DNA of 30,788 nt from an uncultured bacterium (GCA_903847545.1 CAINDZ010000414.1:1-30788); one strand, 5' to 3'. Positions 1 to 8,348 are shown, counted from the stretch's first letter. The notes: generated from the letters alone by a model not told the origin. Translations and numbers: made by a program.

Positions 1-387
1 GCCGACTCGGCCCTGATGGCTGCGCTGATGGAGGGCCTGTCCCGCCGCGGCCTGCGCTTCGTGGACAGCCTCACCTCGCCGGCCTCGGTCGCCTATGCCG
101 CGGCGCGGCAGGCCGGCGTGCCGGCGCTGCGCAGCCGCATCTTCCTGGACGCCGACCGGACCAGCAGCGAGGCCATCGCCGCGAACCTCGCGCGGCTGGT
201 CGCGGCCGCGCGGGCCGGCGGCGCCGCCGTGGGCATCGCCCACCCGTACGTGACGACGGCCGAGGTGCTGGCGGCCGAACTGCCCCGTTACGAAGCCGCC
301 GGGGTACGCTTTGTCACGGTCTCCGAACTGATGGCGAAAACACCCGCCGGGTCGGACCCCATGGGGGAGGACGCCGGTGGCCGCTGA
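1..387 (+). CDS. Divergent polysaccharide deacetylase family protein (YibQ-like), 5' truncated
   Basis: The frame is open from base 1. Motifs FVDSLTSPASVA, RIFLD and AVGIAHPY match the C-terminal half of this family. Confidence 0.8.
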   Translation, partial: ADSALMAALMEGLSRRGLRFVDSLTSPASVAYAAARQAGVPALRSRIFLDADRTSSEAIAANLARLVAAARAGGAAVGIAHPYVTTAEVLAAELPRYEAAGVRFVTVSELMAKTPAGSDPMGEDAGGR

Positions 388-1486
388 CGTCTTCCTGTGG
401 CGGTTGCCGGGCGCCGACGGGACCGAGCTGGGGCCCCCGGACCTGCGCCCCGGGCTCGACCCCCTGCTGGCCGCCGCGGGCCCGCTTGGCACCGCTTCGG
501 GTGGTGGCCCCGCGGTGCTGAAGGTCCACGTGGGGCCGCCCGGCCGGCCGGCCGCCATCCTGCCGATTTGGGCGCACGCGGTGGCCGCAGCTGCCGGCTG
601 CCCCGGGGCGACGTTCACCGACACGCTCAGCATCAGCACGCGCGGCCTCGACACGGCGCCCGCCCTGGCGGCGGTGGCCGCGGCGAAAGGCTACCCCACG
701 GAAGAAACCTCTGCAGCCGCGGGCGGCAGGTTCGTGGTCGGGGACGGCCCCGAGGCGCCGGCGCCACTGCCGGCGCCCCCGGTCCCCGGGGGACGCCTGG
801 AGGGGCTCGAGCTGGCCGGCATCCTGCGCGGCGCCGGCAGCCTCGTCGTGCTCAACCCTGTCCGGGCGCACCCCCACCTGGGCGTGGTCGGGGCGGTGGC
901 CACCCTGGGCCTGGAGCTGGCCTCGCGAGACACCAAGCTGCGCCTGCACGTCGGGATCCGCCCGCAGGTCGACACGCCCTTGTGCGCCGGCTGCGGCAGC
1001 TGCCTGGACGTCTGCCTGTACGACGCCATCGTGATCCGCGCCGGCCGCGCCCTCATCGACCACCACCTGTGCACGGGCTGCGGCGAGTGCATGGGCGTGT
1101 GCTTCATGGCCGGCATCGCCCCCGAGGAGGCCGGCGGGCTGGCGCGGTTCCAGCAGGACGTGGCCGAGTCCGCCGTTGCCGTGGGGCTGGCCGAGCCCGC
1201 CGGACGGGCGGGGGGCCGGTCGGTCCTCTACTTGAACTTCATGATTCAATTGGGGGGCGCCGCCACGGCCTCGAAGGCCCGCCGGCGCCTGCCGGTGGCC
1301 GGTATCGGGATCCTGGCCTCGCGCGACCCGGTGGCGCTGGACGCGGCCTCGCTGTCCTGCCTCGAGGCGGGGGTGGGGGTGCCCCTGGCCGAATGGACCG
1401 GGTACGCCCAGGGCCCCGGCGACCTGCTGGGCCGGGCCGAGGCGCTGGGCCTGGGGTCCCGCGAGCACCGACTGCGGGAAGTCTGA
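377..1486 (+). CDS. DUF362-family protein with a 2x[4Fe-4S] ferredoxin domain
   Basis: Two CxxCxxCxxxC motifs (CAGCGSCLDVC, CTGCGECMGVC), plus LKVHVG, FTDT and DPVALDAAS motifs. GTG start overlaps the upstream gene by 11 bp. Confidence 0.75.
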   Translation: MAADVFLWRLPGADGTELGPPDLRPGLDPLLAAAGPLGTASGGGPAVLKVHVGPPGRPAAILPIWAHAVAAAAGCPGATFTDTLSISTRGLDTAPALAAVAAAKGYPTEETSAAAGGRFVVGDGPEAPAPLPAPPVPGGRLEGLELAGILRGAGSLVVLNPVRAHPHLGVVGAVATLGLELASRDTKLRLHVGIRPQVDTPLCAGCGSCLDVCLYDAIVIRAGRALIDHHLCTGCGECMGVCFMAGIAPEEAGGLARFQQDVAESAVAVGLAEPAGRAGGRSVLYLNFMIQLGGAATASKARRRLPVAGIGILASRDPVALDAASLSCLEAGVGVPLAEWTGYAQGPGDLLGRAEALGLGSREHRLREV

Positions 1487-1522
1487 GCCACGGCTGAATT
1501 TCTGGATTCCCCGCCGCCTTTG

Positions 1523-1531
1523 TGCTATCAT
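1523..1531 (+). promoter_or_regulatory. Possible extended -10 promoter for secDF
   Basis: TGCTATCAT (TGn + TATCAT) in the intergenic gap. No convincing -35. Confidence 0.4.
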
Positions 1532-1709
1532 GTTCACCGCCATTTAAGGCGAAAGGCCGGGTTCCACGGGCCCCTCGGGGGACAGTCGTGCGCCCCGGCA
1601 GGCATGCCGATGCGTGCGAACTACGGCGTGCTTTTTTTTGCCGTCCGTCGTCTTTTTTCGCGCGTATTTTCGCGACAACGGTTGGGTTCGATGTCCGGGG
1701 AGTGCCAAG

Positions 1710-3305
1710 ATGAACCGTTCCCTGCAGATGAAAGCAGGGCTGTGTGCCGTCATCATCCTTCTGGCGATTTACGGCATGCTGCCGACTTTCAAGGCCCTTG
1801 CGATCTCGCACGCCGAGCGGGAGGCCGCCAAGGCCAACCCGACGCGCCTGGCGCAGATCGAGGAGATCGATGCCAAGGCCATCCGCCGCGGCCTTGACCT
1901 CAAGGGCGGTATGTACCTGGTCCTGGAAGTGGACCAGACCGGCATGGATCCGAACCAGGCCGCCGATTCGTTGAAGCGGGTGAAGGAGATCCTTTACAAC
2001 CGCATCGACAAGTTCGGTGTTTCCGAGCCCGAGATCACGACCTTCGGCTCGAACCGCATCGTGGTGAAGCTGCCGGGCCTGCAGGATCCCGAGCGCGCCA
2101 AGGCGCTGCTGGGCAAGACGGCCAAACTCGAGTTCCGCCTCGTGCGCCAGCCCGACGAGATCACCGACGCCCTGACGCGCATGGACCAGGCCTTCCTCGG
2201 CGACAAGAACTTCGCCGCCGCAGTCGACACCACGCTGGGCGCGGACCCGGCGGCCCAGCGGCCGTTCAGCGGCCTGCTGGTCACCCAGCCCGGTATCACG
2301 AGCACGCCGCTGTTCGTGGCCGAGGAGGATGTCGACCGCGTCGTCGCCATGCTGGACGACCCGCGGGCGCTGTCGCGCCTGCGTGGCGTCGAGTTCCAGT
2401 TGGGCATGGAATCCCTGTCGTCCGGCGCCCGCAAGCTGCGTCCGCTGTACCTGGTCGATGGCAAGGCGTCGGTCAGCGGCGACCAGTTGACCGATGCCCA
2501 GGCCAGCGCCAACAACGAGCGGCCGGGCCTGTGGCAGGTCAACTTCAGCCTCGGGACGCGCGGCGCCCGCGAGTTCGCGCGCCTGACCGGCGAAAACGTC
2601 GGCCGCTACCTGGCCATCTCGCTGGACGGCCGCATTTCGTCGGCCCCGGTGATCCAGTCACGTATCGCGGGGAACGGGACGATCAGCGGCAACTTCACGA
2701 ATGACGAGGCGTCCGACCTCGCCCTGCTGCTCCGGGCCGGCGCCCTGCCCACCGACATCTCGATCGCCGAGGAGCGCACGGTCGGGCCGAGCCTCGGCTC
2801 GGACTCGATCCGCATGGGTGTCAACGCATCGCTCGTCGGTTCGCTGCTTGTGGTGCTCTTCATGGTGGTGTACTACCGCGTGGGCGGCCTGGTGGCCGTC
2901 GTCGCCCTGGTCGCCAACATCCTGATCCTGCTGGCGGTCCTGGCGCAGTTCAACCTGGTGCTGACGTTGCCGGGCCTGGCCGGCATCGCGCTGACGGTCG
3001 GCATGGCGGTGGATGCCAACGTGCTCATCAACGAGCGCATCCGCGAGGAACTGCGGAAGGACAAGTCGGTCCGGGCGGCCGTGCAGGCCGGCTACCACAA
3101 CGCTTCGCGGACGATCGTCGACTCGAACCTGACGACGCTGATCGCCGGCGTCGTGCTGCTGTGGTTCGGCACCGGTCCGGTCAAGGGTTTTGCGGTCACG
3201 ATGTCCATCGGCATCCTGACGAGCATGTTCACCGCGCTGGTCATGACCCAGGTCATCACCGACATGATGCTCCTGAACCCGAAGAAGCAGACGCTCAGTA
3301 TCTGA
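1710..3305 (+). CDS. secD: Protein translocase subunit SecD (531 aa)
   Basis: GLDLKGG, RIVVKLPG, EERTVGPSLG and GMAVDANVLINERIREE motifs. Start moved from 1614 to ATG 1710, which follows GGGAG. Confidence 0.97.
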   Translation: MNRSLQMKAGLCAVIILLAIYGMLPTFKALAISHAEREAAKANPTRLAQIEEIDAKAIRRGLDLKGGMYLVLEVDQTGMDPNQAADSLKRVKEILYNRIDKFGVSEPEITTFGSNRIVVKLPGLQDPERAKALLGKTAKLEFRLVRQPDEITDALTRMDQAFLGDKNFAAAVDTTLGADPAAQRPFSGLLVTQPGITSTPLFVAEEDVDRVVAMLDDPRALSRLRGVEFQLGMESLSSGARKLRPLYLVDGKASVSGDQLTDAQASANNERPGLWQVNFSLGTRGAREFARLTGENVGRYLAISLDGRISSAPVIQSRIAGNGTISGNFTNDEASDLALLLRAGALPTDISIAEERTVGPSLGSDSIRMGVNASLVGSLLVVLFMVVYYRVGGLVAVVALVANILILLAVLAQFNLVLTLPGLAGIALTVGMAVDANVLINERIREELRKDKSVRAAVQAGYHNASRTIVDSNLTTLIAGVVLLWFGTGPVKGFAVTMSIGILTSMFTALVMTQVITDMMLLNPKKQTLSI

Positions 3306-3381
3306 CCAACGCGCACTGCGGCCGGCGCCCCGAGGGGCGCGGCCGTCGCCGGGATCCGACCCGGGAAAGGCCAAGAGCAAG

Positions 3382-4311
3382 ATGCAGTTCTTCACGAAGC
3401 CCAACTTCAATTTCGTCGGTGCGATGAAGTTCGCCTTCTCGCTTTCCGGCGTGGCGGTGCTGGCGAGCCTGATCCTGCTGCTCGTGCACGGCGGTCCCCG
3501 CTGGAGCATCGACTTCACCGGCGGTTCCGTGCTGCAGGTCAAGTTCGCCTCGTCGCCCGGCATCGCCGCCGTGCGGCAGACGCTCGAGAGCAAGGGGTAC
3601 GCCGGTGCCCAGGTGACCGAATTCGGCGCCACGGACGAGTTCCTGATCACCCTGCCGGCCAAGAAGGGCGCCGGCGGCGCGGAGGCCGCGACGGCCGCCC
3701 AGCGCGTGCTCGACGACCTGCGCGCCACCTACCCGAACGGCCAGATCGACATGCGTCGCTCCGAGTCGGTCGGCCCCAAGGTGGGCGGTGAACTGCGGAC
3801 GGCGGCCATCAACTCGGTCGTCGTCGGCCTGTTCCTGATTGCGGTGTACATCTGGTTCCGGTTCGTGCTGCGCTACGGCTTCGCCGCGATCCTGGCGCTC
3901 TTCCACGACGTGATCCTGACCCTCGGCATCTTCTCGCTGCTCAATCTCGAGGTCAGCCTGCAGATCGTGGCCGCGCTGCTGACGATCGTCGGCTACTCGA
4001 TCAACGACACGATCGTGGTCTTCGACCGTATCCGCGAGAACATGAAGCTGCGCCGCAAGGAGAGCTACCGCGAGGTTATCAACCGGTCGATCAACGAGAC
4101 CCTCAGCCGCACGATCCTGACGTCGTTGACCACTTTTACGGTGGCAGTGGTGCTGTGGATCATGGGCGGTCCGGTGATCCGCGACTTCGCGTTCGCGATG
4201 AGCTTCGGCGTGTTCGTCGGCACGTACAGTTCGATCTTCATCGCCAGCCCGCTGCTGGTGTGGTGGTCGGACCGCCAGATCGACAAGAAGCAGGCTGCTT
4301 TGGAGATGTAG
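3382..4311 (+). CDS. secF: Protein translocase subunit SecF (309 aa)
   Basis: IDFTGG, ESVGPKVG and GYSINDTIVVFDRIRE motifs. Directly follows secD. Confidence 0.97.
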   Translation: MQFFTKPNFNFVGAMKFAFSLSGVAVLASLILLLVHGGPRWSIDFTGGSVLQVKFASSPGIAAVRQTLESKGYAGAQVTEFGATDEFLITLPAKKGAGGAEAATAAQRVLDDLRATYPNGQIDMRRSESVGPKVGGELRTAAINSVVVGLFLIAVYIWFRFVLRYGFAAILALFHDVILTLGIFSLLNLEVSLQIVAALLTIVGYSINDTIVVFDRIRENMKLRRKESYREVINRSINETLSRTILTSLTTFTVAVVLWIMGGPVIRDFAFAMSFGVFVGTYSSIFIASPLLVWWSDRQIDKKQAALEM

Positions 4312-4337
4312 CCCGAGAGCAGGCACGATCGAGTTTT

Positions 4338-4371
4338 CGGGGCCCCCGCGGTGTTCGCAGCGGGGGCCCCG
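4338..4371 (+). terminator. GC-rich hairpin after secF, between convergent genes
   Basis: CGGGGCCCCCGC / GCGGGGGCCCCG 12-bp stem with only a short, offset T run downstream. Confidence 0.5.
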
Positions 4372-4522
4372 CCGTTTGTCAGGGCTGCGCGGTTGGGAAT
4401 GTGTCAGGTCCGGGATGTGCCGGCGCCCGGGCGCTGTCACCAGAACGCACGGTGGACCACATGGAGAAAGCATCGGCCGCGTCAGTCAGTGGCGCGGCCC
4501 GACAGCTTCAAGCAGGTACAGC

Positions 4523-5662
4523 CTACCGGATCGTGGGGAATGGGGAAGCGCCCGAGCTGCCGTGGCAACTCACGCAAGCCCGCCCCTCCTCATGACTCTC
4601 GTCATGACACTTCTTGCACAACTGCCCCTGGCCCACGCCGGGATACGGGCTCGGCAGCGCGTACGACCCCGACACGACCCCGTCGTCGGCCAGGCGGTAG
4701 ACCCGGAAATCCCAGCGCCCGGCCGCCGGCCCCGACGATCCGTGCGCCCGGTGGCAGGTCAGGCACATCAGCCTGCTGCCGGCCTGCGGCCCACTGGTGC
4801 CGGTGACCGTCATGGCGGCGTCCTCGAACGGGACCTGGGAGACATAGGCATCAACGCTGCTGCCGGTCCCGGGGCTGGCATCGCCCTCGTAGCGGTTGTA
4901 CCGCGTGCGTTCGTCGGAGCCGAGCGTCCCGTCCACCGGGTGCTCGAACGCGGCGCCGCTGCCTTCCTCGTGGTACATGCCGTGGCAGTTGGCGCACCAC
5001 CGGGACATGCCTGAGCGGTAGGCGGTGTGCGACGCGGCCGTTTCCGTGGCGCCGGAGTCGGTGATGTCGAGCCCCTCGGCGACGGGCGCGGGATACAGGA
5101 AGTTCGCCACGCCGTTCTGCACCGGCCCGGGGCCATTCAATGACCGGAACCCGTCCGAGCCGTGGGGGTCGTGGCAGCTGGTGCAGCCGAGCAGGGCCGA
5201 CGGGAACGTGCCGCCGGGGGCGTGCGACCAGCGGGGATCGGCGTTCGTGCCCCGCGCGGGCGACACGATGTTGTGTCCCGAGGCGTGGCCGCCGAGGGGC
5301 GACGCGGCCCCGCCGGCGGCGTCATTGATGTTGTCCTCGAGCAGCCACGTGAAATTTCCGGCGCCCCGCTCGGCAGGAGGCACGTTCGGCGCCGGGCCGA
5401 AGACGCCGTAGCTGCCGTGACAGGTCAGGCAGAGGTCGGTGGCCGAGGCCGCCACCAGCAGGGGGCGCGTGCCGTCGAGGGCGATCTCGCCGGCGGCCGC
5501 ATCGTGCATGATGTGGCAGGTTCCGCAGGAGCCGACGCCGCCCGCATGAATGGGGCCGCCGTGGGCCGGCACGGCTGCCAGCACCCAGGCCAGGCCGGGC
5601 GCCATGACGAGGACGCAGGCCTTGCGCAAGGCCCGGACGCGGCGGGATCGTGAAGGCGTCAT
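4523..5662 (-). CDS. OmcS-family multiheme cytochrome c, paralogue 2, seven CxxCH (379 aa)
   Basis: CGTCH, CLTCH, CTSCH, CANCH, CLTCH, CKKCH and CVSCH. OmcS-type motifs HAGGV..C..CHIMH, GHNIV, APGGTFP, GMSRWCANCH, VPFED and CLTCHRAH. Signal peptide present. Start moved to ATG 5662. Confidence 0.85.
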   Translation of the reverse strand: MTPSRSRRVRALRKACVLVMAPGLAWVLAAVPAHGGPIHAGGVGSCGTCHIMHDAAAGEIALDGTRPLLVAASATDLCLTCHGSYGVFGPAPNVPPAERGAGNFTWLLEDNINDAAGGAASPLGGHASGHNIVSPARGTNADPRWSHAPGGTFPSALLGCTSCHDPHGSDGFRSLNGPGPVQNGVANFLYPAPVAEGLDITDSGATETAASHTAYRSGMSRWCANCHGMYHEEGSGAAFEHPVDGTLGSDERTRYNRYEGDASPGTGSSVDAYVSQVPFEDAAMTVTGTSGPQAGSRLMCLTCHRAHGSSGPAAGRWDFRVYRLADDGVVSGSYALPSPYPGVGQGQLCKKCHDESHEEGRACVSCHGSSGASPFPTIR

Positions 5663-5703
5663 CGTGAGTGCCCCCATGGGGATACGGCCATGTTCGTCCC
5701 TCA

Positions 5704-5712
5704 ATTCTAGCA
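5704..5712 (-). promoter_or_regulatory. Possible extended -10 promoter for paralogue 2
   Basis: Minus strand TGCTAGAAT, downstream of the hairpin and about 40 nt before the start codon. -35 is weak. Confidence 0.45.
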
Positions 5713-5732
5713 CGGGGCAGGGGTTCAGGCCA

Positions 5733-5779
5733 GCCCGCAAAAGCGGGCGGGCCCCGCGGATCGCTCCGCGGGGCCCGCC
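5733..5779 (-). terminator. Terminator or stabilising hairpin after the omcS-like gene
   Basis: Perfect 15-bp stem (5746-5760 / 5765-5779) with a GCGA tetraloop on the minus strand, then CGCTTTT. An alternative hairpin GCCCGC-TTTT-GCGGGC (5733-5748) overlaps it. Confidence 0.7.
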
Positions 5780-5809
5780 TCAAGGGCCATCAGGCCGACC
5801 AGTCGGCTC

Positions 5810-6907
5810 CTAGTAGAGCTTGTGGTCGTTGTAGTCCTTGGCATGGCACTTGTTGCACAGCGAGCGCTGGTTCGCCGAGAACGTGTAGCCATAGTACTTG
5901 CGGTCGACATCGGTCTGGATGAAGCCGGTGTCGGTCGCCAGCGGGTGCGACTGCGAGATCAGCATGACGCTCATGTCCCAGCGGGCGGCGTCCGCGAACG
6001 GCGAGGCGTGGGCGCGGTGGCAGGTCAGGCACATGACTTCGTCAGCGCCGTCCGGGCCCACCGTGTTCGTCGTCGAGTTGACGGTCGCCACGTCAGCCTG
6101 CACGTCCTCGAAGGGCACCAGGCCGTTGTACGACGTGGCCTGCGTGCCGCTGGTCATGTCGTCGGAGCTCACGTACGCGTTGTACGCGGCGGCGATCGTC
6201 GAGCCCAGCTCGCGCGTCGGGTGCACGAAGTTGGTCGTGTTGTCCTCGTGGAAGTTCTCGTGGCAGTTCGCGCACCAGTCGCTCATGCCGCTGATGTACA
6301 CGGTGTGCTTGGCGTTGGTCTCGTCGCCGTTCGTGGCGGAGCCGACGTAGGTGCGGCGGCTGTTGCCCTTGGCGATCGGGGCCGGGTTGGCGAAGTCATA
6401 GCGGCCACCGGCGTAGAAGGGGCCGAGGTCGGCGCCGTACAGCAGGCGGAAGTTCTGGTTGCCGTGGGGGTCGTGGCAGCTGGTGCAGCTCAGGTTGGCG
6501 CCCGAGAAGTCGCCGCCGGGGGCGGTCGTCAGCGTCACGTCGGCAGCGATGCCCTTCGTGGGAGCGACGACGTTGTGGCCGTGGCTGTCGCCCTTGCTGA
6601 TGCCCGTCGAACCCCAGGTGAACGTGCGGGTCACCCAGTAGAAGTCGCCGCCGGGGCCGTAGCCCTGGCCGTTCATGAACTGGCCGTAGTTGGCGTGGCA
6701 GCGCAGGCAGGTGTCGCTCGGCGAGCCGGCGTTCAGCAGGAACTCGTTGCCGGCGGGATGGGCGGCGTCGACGACGGCGCCGTTCTGGCTGTTGTGCATG
6801 GTATGGCAGCCGGCGCAGTAGGCGACGCCACCATCATGGAACGCGAGCACGGAGCTGGCCGACAGGCCGAGCACCAGCACCAGGGCGAACTTGATGAGAT
6901 TCTTCAC
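5810..6907 (-). CDS. omcS: OmcS-like hexaheme cytochrome c, putative nanowire subunit (365 aa)
   Basis: Sec signal MKNLIKFALVLVLGLSASSVLA, then FHDGGVAYCAGCHTMHN, PGGDF, GHNVV, TLTTAPGG, CTSCHDPHG, GMSDWCANCH, CLTCHRAHAS and QRSLCNKCHAKD. These are collinear with G. sulfurreducens OmcS as I recall it. Six CxxCH. GTG start at 6907 with GGAGG 7 nt upstream. Confidence 0.9.
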   Translation of the reverse strand: MKNLIKFALVLVLGLSASSVLAFHDGGVAYCAGCHTMHNSQNGAVVDAAHPAGNEFLLNAGSPSDTCLRCHANYGQFMNGQGYGPGGDFYWVTRTFTWGSTGISKGDSHGHNVVAPTKGIAADVTLTTAPGGDFSGANLSCTSCHDPHGNQNFRLLYGADLGPFYAGGRYDFANPAPIAKGNSRRTYVGSATNGDETNAKHTVYISGMSDWCANCHENFHEDNTTNFVHPTRELGSTIAAAYNAYVSSDDMTSGTQATSYNGLVPFEDVQADVATVNSTTNTVGPDGADEVMCLTCHRAHASPFADAARWDMSVMLISQSHPLATDTGFIQTDVDRKYYGYTFSANQRSLCNKCHAKDYNDHKLY

Positions 6908-7065
6908 GAGTGAGCCTCCAGAAGCAAGTTTGCTGGTCCCGCACGACGGCACGGAACCGTTACGAGTGACCTTTGCCGATCCGCTGCCGGAAGGCCTGGC
7001 AGGATCGACGCCGAACGAACCATCCACCTTGCAGAGACGCCTTCCACGAACCTCTTCCCAAACCA

Positions 7066-7083
7066 GCCCGGCCGAAGCCGGGC
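7066..7083 (-). terminator. C(UUCG)G tetraloop hairpin just after the NHL gene
   Basis: Minus strand GCCCGGC-TTCG-GCCGGGC followed by TGGTTT. Could be a weak terminator or a processing/stability element. Confidence 0.45.
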
Positions 7084-7087
7084 ATGT

Positions 7088-8068
7088 CTATTCAGCCGTC
7101 CCGATGGCCTGGACGTTGAATACCTGCACCAGGCTGCGGAACGACTGCGCCACGTAGACGTGGCCGTTGCCGTCCGCCGCCATCGACACCGGGTAGTAGA
7201 AGGCGCCCGGTGTGTCGCCGATCGAGCCGTACTCGGCCACGAACTCGTTCCGGCCATCGAAGGCCATGATCTTGTGGCGCAGCTGGTCCAGCACCAGCAG
7301 CGTCCCGCCCGGGCCGGCCGCGGCGGCGACGGGGAACACCATGCGGCCGGGGGACGAGCCCACGCGACCGAAGCTGCCGGTCTGCTGGCCATCCTCGTCG
7401 ACGACCAGCATCACGTGGAGGTTGCCGCCGGGCACGCGGAACGTGCCGTCGGGCATCTGCGCCGGGCGCCCGAGGTTCATGTCCAGCTGGGCGTCGTCGT
7501 TCTGGCCCTCGCCGATGACGTGCGACCACAGTAGGGCGCCGGTGTCCTTGTCGTGCTTGGCCATCAGGCCGCTCGCGCCGTCCACCGTCACGTAGTGGCC
7601 GTCGCGTGCGACCAGCAGGTGCGTGGGGCGCCAGTCGCCCGCGGGGCGCTCGACACGGTAGCCGTCGGGTTCGCCGTAGGTGTCCAGGCGCACGATCGAC
7701 GCGTCCTGCCCGTCGACCGCCGACGTGGCCACGAGGCGGCCCTCATGGTCGACGGCGCCGTCGCTCGGCAGCGAGATGCCCGCGAAGCCGCCGGTGCGGA
7801 AAGTCTCGCAGCCCGCGGCGTTGAACACGTGCAGCGCGCTGTAGGCGGATTCGGTGACGCAGATCTCGCCGGCCACGGCATCGCAGGTGACGGCTGCGGG
7901 GCGGGCCCGGCCGTCGTGGTTCTGCGAGAGGTTCAGCGCGCCCGAATACTGGAAGCTGACCGTGCCGGTCGTCGCAGCCGCCACCGACGCAAACGCAAGG
8001 GCGGCTGTTATCACAGCAACACCCTGGAGGCCGTTCGCGATCGTGGTGGAGGGGCGATGGAAGGTCAC
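7088..8068 (-). CDS. Exported NHL-repeat beta-propeller (326 aa)
   Basis: NHL-like repeats (FGRVGSSPGRMVFPVAAA, YGSIGDTPGAFYYPVSMAADGNGHVYVA...VQVF). N-terminal hydrophobic signal. No CxxCH. Confidence 0.8.
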   Translation of the reverse strand: MTFHRPSTTIANGLQGVAVITAALAFASVAAATTGTVSFQYSGALNLSQNHDGRARPAAVTCDAVAGEICVTESAYSALHVFNAAGCETFRTGGFAGISLPSDGAVDHEGRLVATSAVDGQDASIVRLDTYGEPDGYRVERPAGDWRPTHLLVARDGHYVTVDGASGLMAKHDKDTGALLWSHVIGEGQNDDAQLDMNLGRPAQMPDGTFRVPGGNLHVMLVVDEDGQQTGSFGRVGSSPGRMVFPVAAAAGPGGTLLVLDQLRHKIMAFDGRNEFVAEYGSIGDTPGAFYYPVSMAADGNGHVYVAQSFRSLVQVFNVQAIGTAE

Positions 8069-8133
8069 GCGTCACGCTCTTGTCACAGGTTTCGTTGGGA
8101 GGCCGGTCGTCCCGGCTCACTTGTCACGGATAT

Positions 8134-8161
8134 ATCATATCACACGCCCGGACGATGTCAA
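8134..8161 (-). promoter_or_regulatory. Sigma70-type promoter for the NHL/omcS-like unit
   Basis: Minus strand TTGACA (8161-8156), 16-nt spacer, TATGAT (8139-8134) with an extended TG, and an upstream T-rich tract. Confidence 0.75.
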
Positions 8162-8260
8162 CCCATACGCCAAAAAATAAACGTGTGATTGGGCATCGCA
8201 TATGACTTTCGGTATCAAAATGTAACTTGTGACATATCCTACATTTAACTTGGAGTTCGG

Positions 8261-8348
8261 GAAAACAGAAGCGGCAGGCCGGGGAAACCGGCCTGCCGCC
8301 CGGGGTTGGAACGCCCCGCGGGAGGGTTTGGCGACCCTCCCGCAGGGG
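8261..8348 (-). terminator. Double hairpin / intrinsic terminator after the 42-heme cytochrome
   Basis: 10-bp stem at 8318-8343, then a perfect 12-bp stem at 8271-8299 followed by TTCTGTTTT on the minus strand. Confidence 0.8.

Noticed and set aside
1522-1713. 63-aa ORF ending on the secD start, considered as a VemP/ApdP-like arrest peptide
   Set aside because: No signal or TM segment, no RAPP/RAGP-type C-terminal motif, and its start overlaps the putative -10 element.
6908-7087. GEMM-I cyclic-dinucleotide riboswitch call upstream of the omcS-like gene
   Set aside because: Only fragments (GGCAAA, GGGAC..GCAAA) match. The P2/P3 architecture could not be built, so it is not annotated as a riboswitch.
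8184-8200. CRP/FNR-like site TGTGAT-N5-ATCGCA
   Set aside because: The spacer is one base longer than the CRP/FNR consensus and one half-site is mismatched.
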